64,000 bases of DNA from Candidatus Acidiferrales bacterium (GTDB lineage Bacteria; Acidobacteriota; Terriglobia; Acidiferrales; UBA7541), in assembly GCA_963702915.1 (NCBI GenBank), contig OY969770.1, positions 4,768,817 through 4,832,816 on the forward strand, written 5' to 3'. Below, in pieces: positions 39,879 to 48,862 of this stretch (position 1 is its first letter; each line of letters starts with the position of its first letter). The position numbers were made by a program, and so were the translations under genes. The notes below the pieces were generated by a model that was not told where the DNA came from, did not search any database, and saw only the letters and a list, made by a program, of their open reading frames with translations.

Positions 39879-42520
39879 TCACAGCGTAACGCAGTTGTCG
39901 GGTCAATGCGCGTGGCCCGAAGCGCGGGGAGATAGCCCGCGAGAATGGCGACGGCCAACAGGAGGAGCAGAACTCCCAGGAAAGTAGCGGGGTCGGTCGG
40001 CTCAGTTTTGAAAAGGAGCGAGGCGATGAGTTTAGAGGCGGCGAAAGAGGCCAAGGCGCCAATGGCAATGCCGAAGAGCGCGAGGCGAAGAGTTTTTGTG
40101 AGAACGCCGAATTGAATTCGCGCGGGCGTGGCGCCAAGAGCCATGCGAATGCCGATTTCCTGAGTTTGGCGCGTGACGGAATAGGAGATAACGCCGTAAA
40201 TGCCGAGGGCGGCAAGAACGAGGCCGAGCGCGGCGAAGATGGCGACGAGGAGGACGAAGAAACGGCGGGGAGAGACGGAGCGGTCAACAAGCTGCTGAAT
40301 TGGCCGGAACTCCGTTGCTGGCTGCTCTGGATTCAGATTGCGCAGTGTGCTCATTACGGCGGGGGCGAGTGAAGGTGGTGGGAGTTGCGTGCGCACCACA
40401 AGCTCCGCTCCTTCCGGCAGATGCTGGGTTACAGGCACCAAGACTGCAGGGCTGGAGGCATCCTCCAAACTACTTTCGCGGACATCGGCAACTACTCCGA
40501 CAACACGACTATCCGTATCCCCAATACCTTGAGCCAGACGCCCAATGGGATCTTCGCCCGGCCACTCGCGGCGAGCCGCGGCTTCATTGATGATGATGAC
40601 GGGTTCGCTGGTGTCTGAATCCTGCCATGTGAAGTCGCGGCCCTTGATCAAATGCATGCCCATCGCCGTGAGGTAGCCTGGCGTGACAACATAGACAAAG
40701 GCATCGTCGTTTTCATCCTTGGAGTAGACCCTGCCCTTGGCCTGAAGGTCCCAGCTGCGGTTACGGTCGAGGGGAAGCATGTCGGAGATTCCAGCGGCCT
40801 GAACTCCCGGGATCGCGTTTACGCGCTGCAACATATCTTGCAGGATAACGCCACGGCGGGCCGCGCTGCCGCCATCGTCGTAATCTACCTTGATGGCGGC
40901 CGCGTGGCTAGGTTGGAAACCGAGGTCGACGTCAAGCAAGCGGAGGAAACTGCGAAGGAAAAGGCCAGCGCTGACGAGGAGGATGCAAGCCAGGGCTACT
41001 TCCGAAACGACCAACACGGAACGCATACGTCCGTGCTCGCGACCTTCGCTGGAACCACGGCCCGCATCCTTGAGAGATTCCTGCAAGTTGCCACTGGAGA
41101 GGGTGAAGCCGGGAGCGAGACCAAACAGAAGGCCGACGATGAGAGTGAATAGCAAGGTCCAGACGAGGGCGGCGCCGTCCACGCGGATGCCAGTGAGAAG
41201 AGGAACAGCGATGGAGCCTTGATGAGCGAGATACAAAGTGACGGCGAAGGACAAGGCGATGCCGAGGAGCGCGCCAAACGTGGAGAGTACAAGACTTTCG
41301 GTAAGAAGCTGTCGAATGAGACGGCCGCGGCTGGCACCGAGAGCGCCACGCAAAGCGAACTCCTTCTGGCGGGAAGCGAGGCGCGCGAGGAGGAGATTGG
41401 AGAGATTGACGCACACGATGAGGAGAATCAGCGCGACGGCGCCCCAAAGCACTAACAAGGAGCGGCGAAGTTTACCGGTGATATGGTCCTGCAGGCCCGA
41501 GATGGTAGTTTTGAGATCGGTGCTCCAATTTTCGTTATCGGCACCCGGGAGCTTCGGGAGAAGGATGTTTGCCTCAGCTTGCGCCTGGGACACCGTTATG
41601 CCCGGTTTGAGTCGTCCGACGAGAGAGAGCACGTGACCCCAATTGCGAATGTCATCCATGGCAACGGGACGGAAGAAATCCATTCTAGAGCCCGGGGCGA
41701 AGACTGCGCCGAAATCGAAAGAAGCGGGAAGCACGCCGACGACGGTTGCGGAAACCTTATCGAGTTGAATGGCTTGGCCAACGATTGCGGGATTCCCAGC
41801 AAATTGACGCTGCCAGAAAAAGTAACTCAGTAACACGGCGGGCTTACCGCCCTTGACGCACTCCTCGTGAGTAAACAGGCGGCCGAGCGCGGGTTGAATG
41901 CCCAGAGTTTGGAAGAAAGTTCCGTCCACCCAAACAAATGAAACGGGCCTAGGCTCGCCACTGGTCATCAGCTTGGTCTCGGAGACGGAGTAGTAGGGAA
42001 CGAATGCAGTCACCTGTTGAAAGGAACGGTTGCTGTGCTGGAATTCCTGAAAGGCATCGATCAGGTAAGTGACATCGGAAAGACCGCCCTGACCATTGTT
42101 ACCGGCCAGCCAGACAAGCTGCTCCGAATGCGGGAAAGGCAAGGGACGGAGGAGGAGCGTATTGACGACGCTGAAGACGGCGATGTTTGCGCCGATGCCG
42201 AGAGCAAGGATGAGGATGGCGATTGAGGTGAAGGCGCGATCCTTGCGAAGAGTGCGAAACGTGTAGCGCAGATCCTGGAACAGGACCTCGTGAACAGGGA
42301 CGCCGCGGGAATCGCGATGGTTTTCCTTGGCTTGTTGCGTGCCGCCGAAATGGATGAGGGCATGGCGGCGGGCTTCGGCGGGGGCCATACCATTTCGCCG
42401 ATTTTCTTCAATGGCCAGTTCGAGATGGGAAGCCATTTCGGCTTCGAGATCGCGGTCGAGTTGCTTGCGGCGAAAGAGTGCGGCGAAGCGGAGAAAGAGT
42501 TGGCGAAGGCGGTCGATCAT
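39875..42520 (-). CDS. ADOP-type duplicated MacB-like permease no. 7 with prefix domain
   Basis: Two MacB-FtsX halves, EIGIRMALGA, terminal DP..ALR.E; start moved to ATG 42520. Confidence 0.92.
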   Translation of the reverse strand: MIDRLRQLFLRFAALFRRKQLDRDLEAEMASHLELAIEENRRNGMAPAEARRHALIHFGGTQQAKENHRDSRGVPVHEVLFQDLRYTFRTLRKDRAFTSIAILILALGIGANIAVFSVVNTLLLRPLPFPHSEQLVWLAGNNGQGGLSDVTYLIDAFQEFQHSNRSFQQVTAFVPYYSVSETKLMTSGEPRPVSFVWVDGTFFQTLGIQPALGRLFTHEECVKGGKPAVLLSYFFWQRQFAGNPAIVGQAIQLDKVSATVVGVLPASFDFGAVFAPGSRMDFFRPVAMDDIRNWGHVLSLVGRLKPGITVSQAQAEANILLPKLPGADNENWSTDLKTTISGLQDHITGKLRRSLLVLWGAVALILLIVCVNLSNLLLARLASRQKEFALRGALGASRGRLIRQLLTESLVLSTFGALLGIALSFAVTLYLAHQGSIAVPLLTGIRVDGAALVWTLLFTLIVGLLFGLAPGFTLSSGNLQESLKDAGRGSSEGREHGRMRSVLVVSEVALACILLVSAGLFLRSFLRLLDVDLGFQPSHAAAIKVDYDDGGSAARRGVILQDMLQRVNAIPGVQAAGISDMLPLDRNRSWDLQAKGRVYSKDENDDAFVYVVTPGYLTAMGMHLIKGRDFTWQDSDTSEPVIIINEAAARREWPGEDPIGRLAQGIGDTDSRVVGVVADVRESSLEDASSPAVLVPVTQHLPEGAELVVRTQLPPPSLAPAVMSTLRNLNPEQPATEFRPIQQLVDRSVSPRRFFVLLVAIFAALGLVLAALGIYGVISYSVTRQTQEIGIRMALGATPARIQFGVLTKTLRLALFGIAIGALASFAASKLIASLLFKTEPTDPATFLGVLLLLLAVAILAGYLPALRATRIDPTTALRCE

Positions 42521-42633
42521 GATTTGGTTTCCTCTCCCCTTGGTATGGCGGAGACATGAGCCATCGCGGACGGCAACTTTTGCGAGAGACCCTGCAGCTG
42601 GAGAATCGTTGATGGATGGGTTCTCGTGTCCAT
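42517..42633 (-). pseudogene. 38-aa mini-ORF, probable remnant of a PadR C-terminus
   Basis: MDTRTHPSTILQLQGLSQKLPSAMAHVSAIPRGEETKS* resembles the padR tail QRLSIVMSRVLAMPEEEAES* and has the same tcATGA overlap with the next permease. Confidence 0.55.
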
Positions 42634-42636
42634 GGT

Positions 42637-45315
42637 TCACTCGTACCTTAGTGCGATGACGGGATCAACGCGGGTGGCGCGATGCGCAGGGACGTAGCAC
42701 GCCAGCAAGGACACGGCTGCGAGCAACAGGCTGACCGCCGCAAGAGTGAGAGGATCCGAGGGGCGCACGCCGAAGAGCATGCTGGCCATTAGGCGCGTCA
42801 ATGCGAGTGCGGCGGCCAAGCCAATCCCAATTCCCAACAGGACCATTTTACCCGCCTGGCCCAACACCATACGGAAGACGTTGGCCCGTTCCGCGCCGAG
42901 GGCCATGCGAATGCCAATTTCGTGGGAACGCTGGCCTACGACATAGGAAATCACCCCGTAGATGCCGATCGAGGAGAGCAGCAAAGCGAGGGCAGCAAAC
43001 GCACCGAGGAGAATCATGGCAAAGCGCTGCGAGGCGAGGGAATCGGAAATCACGTCGCTCATTGTTTTCGTCCCATAGATGACAATCTGTCTGTTTACGC
43101 CCTGCACCGCATGGCTGAGGGAACTCATATTGGCAATCGGGGCGTCCTTGGTGCGTATCACTACGCCCGCACTATGGTCGAAGAGTGAGACAACAGAATC
43201 GGGGGTTTGCAATAATGGGAAATAACACTCCGCCTGAATATGCTCGGCATCGTCATCCAAGCTCCACTGCTTCACGTGGCCAACGATCCCGACGATTTCC
43301 GGGCTGGTGTTGACAATATCGAGATTGACGTGTTTTCCGATGGGATCCTGGCCTGCAAAGTACTGTTTCGCAAACTGTTCGTCGATCACGATCACAGGTG
43401 ACGAGTTTTCGTTATCGGAGTCAGTGAGGAACCGGCCGCGCTTCAACGGGATTTTCATAACATCCAGATAATCCGGTTCGGTAACGTAGAGGAGCGACGA
43501 CTTCATGTCTTGCATGGAGGCTGGCTTGGCCTCTCCTTCCAACCAGAAAGGGAGTTCCGAATCGCCTCTCAAAGGGGAGGCACCGACGGTGAGCGAAACA
43601 GATTGGACACCGGGAACGGCGCTAATGACGTCGTGAAGCTGGCGAAAGGCAGCGCGAGTGGCAGAAGGCGTAGAACCAAATGGATTGGCAGAGGCGAGAT
43701 TAAAACTTACGGCGTTGTGGGGATCAAATCCGGGCTTCACGCTCCAGAGCAGGGCCAAGCTGCGAATCATCAATCCAGCGCCGACGAGCAAGACCACGGC
43801 CAGCCCTATCTCCATCGCCACGAAGGCGCTCTGTGTGCGGTGGCGTGCCCCGCTTCCACCGCGTCCGCCTTGCTGCAGCGTTTCCTGGATGTCGGTCCGG
43901 GAAGCCTTGAATGCCGGCACCAGGCCAAACAGAATACCGGCAAAGGTAGAGGCAGCGAGGGTGAAGATGAAAACGCGAGCATCAAGATGAATGTCGCCAG
44001 CGCGCGGGAGAGCTTCCGGGAGAACCTTGAGTGCCGCCTGTGTGCCCCACGCAGCAAGAAACGTGCCTAATGTGCCGCCTGCGAGAGCGAGCAAAATGCT
44101 CTCCGTCAGAAGTTGGCGAACAACCCGGCCGCCACTGGCTCCGAGAGCGGTTCGAACGGCGAACTCCCTGGTTCTTCCTGTCGAGCGCGCCAGAAGCAAG
44201 TTTGCAACGTTTGCGCAAGCGATGAGGAGCACAAAGCCCACGGCGGCGAGAAGCATGAGGAGAAACGGCCGGATATCACCGACCATGTTTTCTTTCAGGG
44301 AGATGAGCGCGACGCCAGAATTCTTATCGATGTCGGGATAGACTTCGGCAAGGTGGGCCGCGATTGCACTCATGTCTGAATCTGCCTGGGCGAGAGTGAC
44401 ACCCGGCCGCAATCTTCCTATGGCGTCCATGCCCATGCTGGCGCGGCGATCACGGAACAAGGGCAGGTTCCACTGGCCGATGGGGACGTAAACATCGTCG
44501 TCGGATTGAAAATTGCCGCTTTGATAGTGAAAGCTCGCGGGAATCACGCCGGTGATGGTGTAGAGGATTCCGTTCAGAGTAATGGATTTTCCGACGACGG
44601 CAGAAGAAGAGTCGAACTTACGATTCCACAAGCCTTCGCTGATGAGGGCGACGGGGGCTCCGCCCAGCTGATCTTCCTGGTCGGTGAAGACGCGGCCGAT
44701 GAGGGGCTTGACGCCGAGGATCGTGAAAAAGGGCGCCGAAATCATGTTCGCTTTCAGGCGCTCCGGATCACCCATTCCGGTAAGGTTGAAACTATCCGAG
44801 CGGAAGGCGGCAAGATCGGAGAAAGAATGGTTGAAGCGGCGCCAATCCAGGAAATTTGGATAAGAGATAGAAGAGAATTTGAAGTCAGGAGTTTTGGCGT
44901 AAAGTGCGACCAGGCGATCGGGGTGATTGAAGGGCAAGGGATTCAACAGCACTCCATTGACAACGGAAAACAGCGCGGTGTTGGCGCCGATACCCAAAGC
45001 CAGCGTAAGAATGGCGATGGCGGTAAAACCAGGATTTTTGCGGAGCATGCGAAGGGCGAAACGCAAATCCTGGAGAAGGACTTCCACGGCGGGAAGGCCG
45101 CGGGAGTCGCGGACGGTTTCTTTGGTTTGTTGCAGGCCGCCGAGTTTGAGGAGGGCCTGGCGATGTGCTTCTTCCGTGGCCATACCGTTTTGGCGATTTT
45201 CTTCGATGGCCAGATCGAGGTGGGAGGCCATCTCGGCTTCGAGGTCTTGGTCGAGTTGTGCGCGGCGGAAGAGCGAGGCGAAGCGCAGGAGGAATTGGCG
45301 TAGGCGATCGATCAT
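42637..45315 (-). CDS. ADOP-type permease no. 6
   Basis: Prefix domain, GANTALFSVV, duplicated MacB/FtsX halves, DPVIALRYE. Confidence 0.93.
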   Translation of the reverse strand: MIDRLRQFLLRFASLFRRAQLDQDLEAEMASHLDLAIEENRQNGMATEEAHRQALLKLGGLQQTKETVRDSRGLPAVEVLLQDLRFALRMLRKNPGFTAIAILTLALGIGANTALFSVVNGVLLNPLPFNHPDRLVALYAKTPDFKFSSISYPNFLDWRRFNHSFSDLAAFRSDSFNLTGMGDPERLKANMISAPFFTILGVKPLIGRVFTDQEDQLGGAPVALISEGLWNRKFDSSSAVVGKSITLNGILYTITGVIPASFHYQSGNFQSDDDVYVPIGQWNLPLFRDRRASMGMDAIGRLRPGVTLAQADSDMSAIAAHLAEVYPDIDKNSGVALISLKENMVGDIRPFLLMLLAAVGFVLLIACANVANLLLARSTGRTREFAVRTALGASGGRVVRQLLTESILLALAGGTLGTFLAAWGTQAALKVLPEALPRAGDIHLDARVFIFTLAASTFAGILFGLVPAFKASRTDIQETLQQGGRGGSGARHRTQSAFVAMEIGLAVVLLVGAGLMIRSLALLWSVKPGFDPHNAVSFNLASANPFGSTPSATRAAFRQLHDVISAVPGVQSVSLTVGASPLRGDSELPFWLEGEAKPASMQDMKSSLLYVTEPDYLDVMKIPLKRGRFLTDSDNENSSPVIVIDEQFAKQYFAGQDPIGKHVNLDIVNTSPEIVGIVGHVKQWSLDDDAEHIQAECYFPLLQTPDSVVSLFDHSAGVVIRTKDAPIANMSSLSHAVQGVNRQIVIYGTKTMSDVISDSLASQRFAMILLGAFAALALLLSSIGIYGVISYVVGQRSHEIGIRMALGAERANVFRMVLGQAGKMVLLGIGIGLAAALALTRLMASMLFGVRPSDPLTLAAVSLLLAAVSLLACYVPAHRATRVDPVIALRYE

Positions 45316-45665
45316 GACTCGGCCTCCTCTTCTGGCATGGCGAGGACGCGGCTCATTACGATAGAAAGCCGTTGCCAGTAAGCGGCGTCTTCAGAGAGCT
45401 GTTTGCGGCCGCGTTTGGTAATGGAATAAAACTTGGCCTTGCGATTGTTGTCAGAGACGCCCCATTCGGCGGAGATCCAGCCGCGCTGTTGCAGACGGAC
45501 GAGAGAGGCGTAGATGGTGCCCTGATTCAGGAGGACTTGATCGCCGCTGACCTGTTCGATGCGCCGGGCAATGCCGTAGCCGTGGAGAGGACCCAGGGCG
45601 GCGAGGGTTTGCAGGACCATAAGGTCGAGGGTGCCCTGAAGAAGGTCGAGTTTGGAGTCGCTCAT
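45312..45665 (-). CDS. PadR-family regulator (acidobacterial type)
   Basis: LLQGTLDLMVL, LHGYGIARRIEQ, GTIYASL.RL, NNRKAKFYSIT; GGAGG RBS before ATG 45665. Confidence 0.93.
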   Translation of the reverse strand: MSDSKLDLLQGTLDLMVLQTLAALGPLHGYGIARRIEQVSGDQVLLNQGTIYASLVRLQQRGWISAEWGVSDNNRKAKFYSITKRGRKQLSEDAAYWQRLSIVMSRVLAMPEEEAES

Positions 45666-45673
45666 GAGGCCTC

Positions 45674-45723
45674 CTGTGTGATGACCACATGAAGATAACA
45701 TTGCTTCTGTGGGGATGCCACAG
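45674..45723. promoter_or_regulatory. Paired 6-5-6 palindromic operator candidates upstream of padR
   Basis: CTGTGT-GATGA-CCACAT (45674-45690) and CTGTGG-GGATG-CCACAG (45707-45723). Confidence 0.6.
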
Positions 45724-45789
45724 GAAGCCGGGAACGGCGGGCGGGAGGCCGATACTTCCCGGCCGCGGAATTCGGATTGGCATCGGAGG

Positions 45790-45881
45790 AACACGAGGGC
45801 GAGGAGGACAACGATGGCGAATCCTGGAATCGTGCGTAATTTCCTCAAGGCGTAACGGTTGTCCTTCCAGAAAAATTCCAT
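45790..45881 (-). pseudogene. Fragment of an ADOP permease N-terminus
   Basis: MEFFWKDNRYALRKLRTIPGFAIVVLLAL matches the LLQD.RFALRMLRK.PGF...L.LAL segment of the neighbouring permeases. Confidence 0.7.
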
Positions 45882-46111
45882 GGAGCCCTCATGTGGCGTT
45901 GCCGATTTCGGGTTATCCGTTTGCAGTTCCATCTCTTTCATGCCTCAGCCGCGGATCCTGTTCCAGAGGCAATGCGGGGTACATTCTCGATTGCCCTTAT
46001 TTCTAGATACGCAAGGGAGCGGAATTTGTTCAGCGCGGACGAAAGGAATAGGCTGCCCAGGATGCGAATATGAAACTGAGTTCCGCAGAGTGGTGAATTC
46101 CTGGGCAGGCG

Positions 46112-48793
46112 TCACTCGTACCTTAGGGCGATCATGGGATCGATGCGGGTGGCGCGGCGCGCGGGGAGCCACGCGGCGAGAAGGGCCGGCACCATGAGCA
46201 CGACGATTGCGCCGCCGTAGATCTGCGGGCTCCAGGCGGTTACGCCATAGAGAAACCCGCCCACCGTCTTCGCCAGGGCGAGCGAGGCGGCGACGCCACA
46301 GGCGAGCCCCGAGAAAGCAATGCCCAGAGTTCGCCACAGTTCCAACCTCAACAGGTCAGCACTCTTTGCGCCAAGCGCCATGCGGATGCCAAATTCCCGC
46401 GTGCGCTGGGCGATGGAAAGCGAAGCAATGCTGAATAGCCCCAATGTCGCGAGGAAGAGAGCGGCGGCCGCGAAAGCAGACAGCAAGACAACTCCGAAAC
46501 GGCGGTCGAGCGTAGTGGATTGCAGCAGGCGCTCCATGAGTTGGGGATGACTGACGGCCTGCTGCGGGTCAAGGCGCCAGACGGTTTGTTCAACAATGGG
46601 CAAAATGGCGGCCGGATCGATGCGCGTGCGAATCATGAACTGGTCGCTCCAAGGGTTGGCGGCCAGCGGTTGATAAAACTGCATTCTGGGCTCGCGCTCA
46701 AGAGAGCCGTCGTGGATGTCTTCAACCACTCCGACCACCGTGAGTGGCGGGTTATCGCCATCCCGGAACTGCTTGCCTACTGCGTCTTCGTTCGGCCACA
46801 GATTTGAGGCCATCTTGCGGTTGACGATGGCAAATCCATTTGGTTCGTCTTCGCGGAATTCGCGACCTGCAACTAGCGGGATGCGCATGGTCCGAAAGTA
46901 GCTGGCGTCCACCATGCGGTACTCGGCGCCCTCTCTCTCGCTGGCAGGAGAAGGACCGGCGACAGCATGCACATCATGAATATCCAATTCGCCGGTCAAG
47001 GGAACGTGGTTAATGACTGCGGCGGACTCTACGCCGGGGATGTTGCGGAATGCCGCGAGGAGTTCCTGAAGGTGGGCGAGCCGCTTTGTCGCGTCTTCGT
47101 TTGTTTTGGGATTCAGATCGACGGAAATGTTCAGGACGTTGTGAGGATCAAATCCGGGATTTACGCGGATTACGTTCGTGAAGCTTTGGATGAGAAGGCC
47201 AGCGCCGATTAGGAGAACCGTAGACACGCCAATCTGCATCGCCATCAGAATGGATTTTAGTCGCTTCGTGCGGCGATCGGTGGTGGCGGTGCGGCCCTCG
47301 CTGCGGAGCAAGGAAATGATCGCGGAGTGTGGGAGAACAGCCAGGGGCAGGGCTCCGAAGCCGATTGAGATGATGAAAGAAAGGGCCACGAGAAGGAGGG
47401 TAACGTGAAAGTCGATGCTGAGATCGTAAAGACGGGGCAGGCGAGCAGCGGCAACGTTTCGGATAAGAGAAAGAGCTGACATGCACAGCGGGAGGCTAAG
47501 AAAGGCGGCGCCGGCAACCAGCAGAGCTTGCTCGGCGAGATTTTCGCGGAAGAGTCGCCAACGAGTGGCACCGAGTGTCTCTCGTACGACAAACTCGCGC
47601 AGGCGCGCGACATTGCGGGTGAGGAGCAAATTCCCGAGATTGAAGAGGACGAGAGCAAGGAGTAGGCCGACGGCAGCGAGGAGCATCCAGAGTGCTTCGC
47701 GAATACCCCAAGACATTGACTCCCGCAGGGGCACGACCTGGACGCGCAGACTTGCGATCATTTGTTCAATCATGTCGCGGTAAGAGGGAACCTGGAGTTC
47801 CTCCTCGCGGAGGAGTTGAACCGCGCTGGCTTGGAACATTGCGGCGGCGCGCTGAGTGGTCACATCGTCCTTGAGGCGACCCAGCACGAAATAGTTGAAA
47901 TTACCCTGTTCGACGGCCTTCTCGGTAACTGGCAACGGGGTCCAGAACTCCGCTTGCTCGGGCGCCCAGGACATGATGCTGCGAATGTCGGCGAGGCGAG
48001 GAAAATCGAACCGTGGCGGCATGACCCCGACAACCGTTAACAGGGCGTCCCTCATCCGAATCGATCTGCCTACTACGCTTGGATCAGCCGCGAAAGCCCT
48101 CACCCACAGCTGATGGCTGAGAATGATGACATCCTCGTGGCCTGGGGTGGCATCCGCGGCCACGAAACCGCGACCGAGGAAAGGCCGCAACGCGAAGACG
48201 TCAAAGAACTCAGCGGTGACGCGAACACCATAGATTTTTTCGGCCTGTCCTTTTCCAAGAAGGACACAGTCCGCCGTGTCGAAGGCGGCGGCGTGTTCAA
48301 ATAGGCCGGACTGCTGCCAGCGCTGAAACTCGCCTAGAGTAGCGACGCTGGGGGTGGAACCAAGAGCCGGGAGCATCTGGGAAACTGTGACGACGCTATC
48401 GGAATGGGGGAAGTTCAATGGGCGGAGTATCACAGTTTGTACGAGGGCGAAAATCGTGTTCACCGCAGTCAAACCTAAAGCGAGAGTCAGCACCGCGATC
48501 GCAGTAAACGCGGGAGACTTGCGCAGCATGCGGAGGGCGAAGCGCGCGTCTTGAAGAAGTGTCTCGAGGAACGGGAAGGTGCGTTGGTCGCGGACGGATT
48601 CTTTGGTTTGCTCGAGGCCGCCGAGGGAGAGGAGGGCTTGGCGGCGGGCTTCGGCGGGGGACATGCCGATGCGGAGATTATCGGCGATGTGCATTTCTAG
48701 GTGGCTGGCGAGTTCGTCTTGCAGATCGCGATCAAGTTTGTTTTTGCGGAAGAGGTTGCGGAGGCGGAGAAAGAAAGTTCGCAGGGTTTTCAT
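46112..48793 (-). CDS. ADOP-type permease no. 5
   Basis: Prefix domain, duplicated MacB/FtsX halves, DPMIALRYE. Confidence 0.93.
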   Translation of the reverse strand: MKTLRTFFLRLRNLFRKNKLDRDLQDELASHLEMHIADNLRIGMSPAEARRQALLSLGGLEQTKESVRDQRTFPFLETLLQDARFALRMLRKSPAFTAIAVLTLALGLTAVNTIFALVQTVILRPLNFPHSDSVVTVSQMLPALGSTPSVATLGEFQRWQQSGLFEHAAAFDTADCVLLGKGQAEKIYGVRVTAEFFDVFALRPFLGRGFVAADATPGHEDVIILSHQLWVRAFAADPSVVGRSIRMRDALLTVVGVMPPRFDFPRLADIRSIMSWAPEQAEFWTPLPVTEKAVEQGNFNYFVLGRLKDDVTTQRAAAMFQASAVQLLREEELQVPSYRDMIEQMIASLRVQVVPLRESMSWGIREALWMLLAAVGLLLALVLFNLGNLLLTRNVARLREFVVRETLGATRWRLFRENLAEQALLVAGAAFLSLPLCMSALSLIRNVAAARLPRLYDLSIDFHVTLLLVALSFIISIGFGALPLAVLPHSAIISLLRSEGRTATTDRRTKRLKSILMAMQIGVSTVLLIGAGLLIQSFTNVIRVNPGFDPHNVLNISVDLNPKTNEDATKRLAHLQELLAAFRNIPGVESAAVINHVPLTGELDIHDVHAVAGPSPASEREGAEYRMVDASYFRTMRIPLVAGREFREDEPNGFAIVNRKMASNLWPNEDAVGKQFRDGDNPPLTVVGVVEDIHDGSLEREPRMQFYQPLAANPWSDQFMIRTRIDPAAILPIVEQTVWRLDPQQAVSHPQLMERLLQSTTLDRRFGVVLLSAFAAAALFLATLGLFSIASLSIAQRTREFGIRMALGAKSADLLRLELWRTLGIAFSGLACGVAASLALAKTVGGFLYGVTAWSPQIYGGAIVVLMVPALLAAWLPARRATRIDPMIALRYE

Positions 48794-48862
48794 TGGTGGG
48801 CCTCACTCGTACCTTAGGGCGATCATGGGATCGACGCGGGTGGCGCGGCGCGCGGGGATGTA
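48781..48862. repeat. 82-bp junction repeat (copies at 48781, 51463, 54124; 3' part also at 46112)
   Basis: By eye: 1 mismatch between 48781 and 51463, 4 mismatches to 54124. Spans a stop codon, a 9-nt spacer and the next start codon. Confidence 0.9.

Noticed and set aside
46053-46108. 10-bp inverted repeat after permease 5 as a novel element
   Set aside because: Single copy with a long loop; most simply a terminator or stabilising stem and not supportable further.
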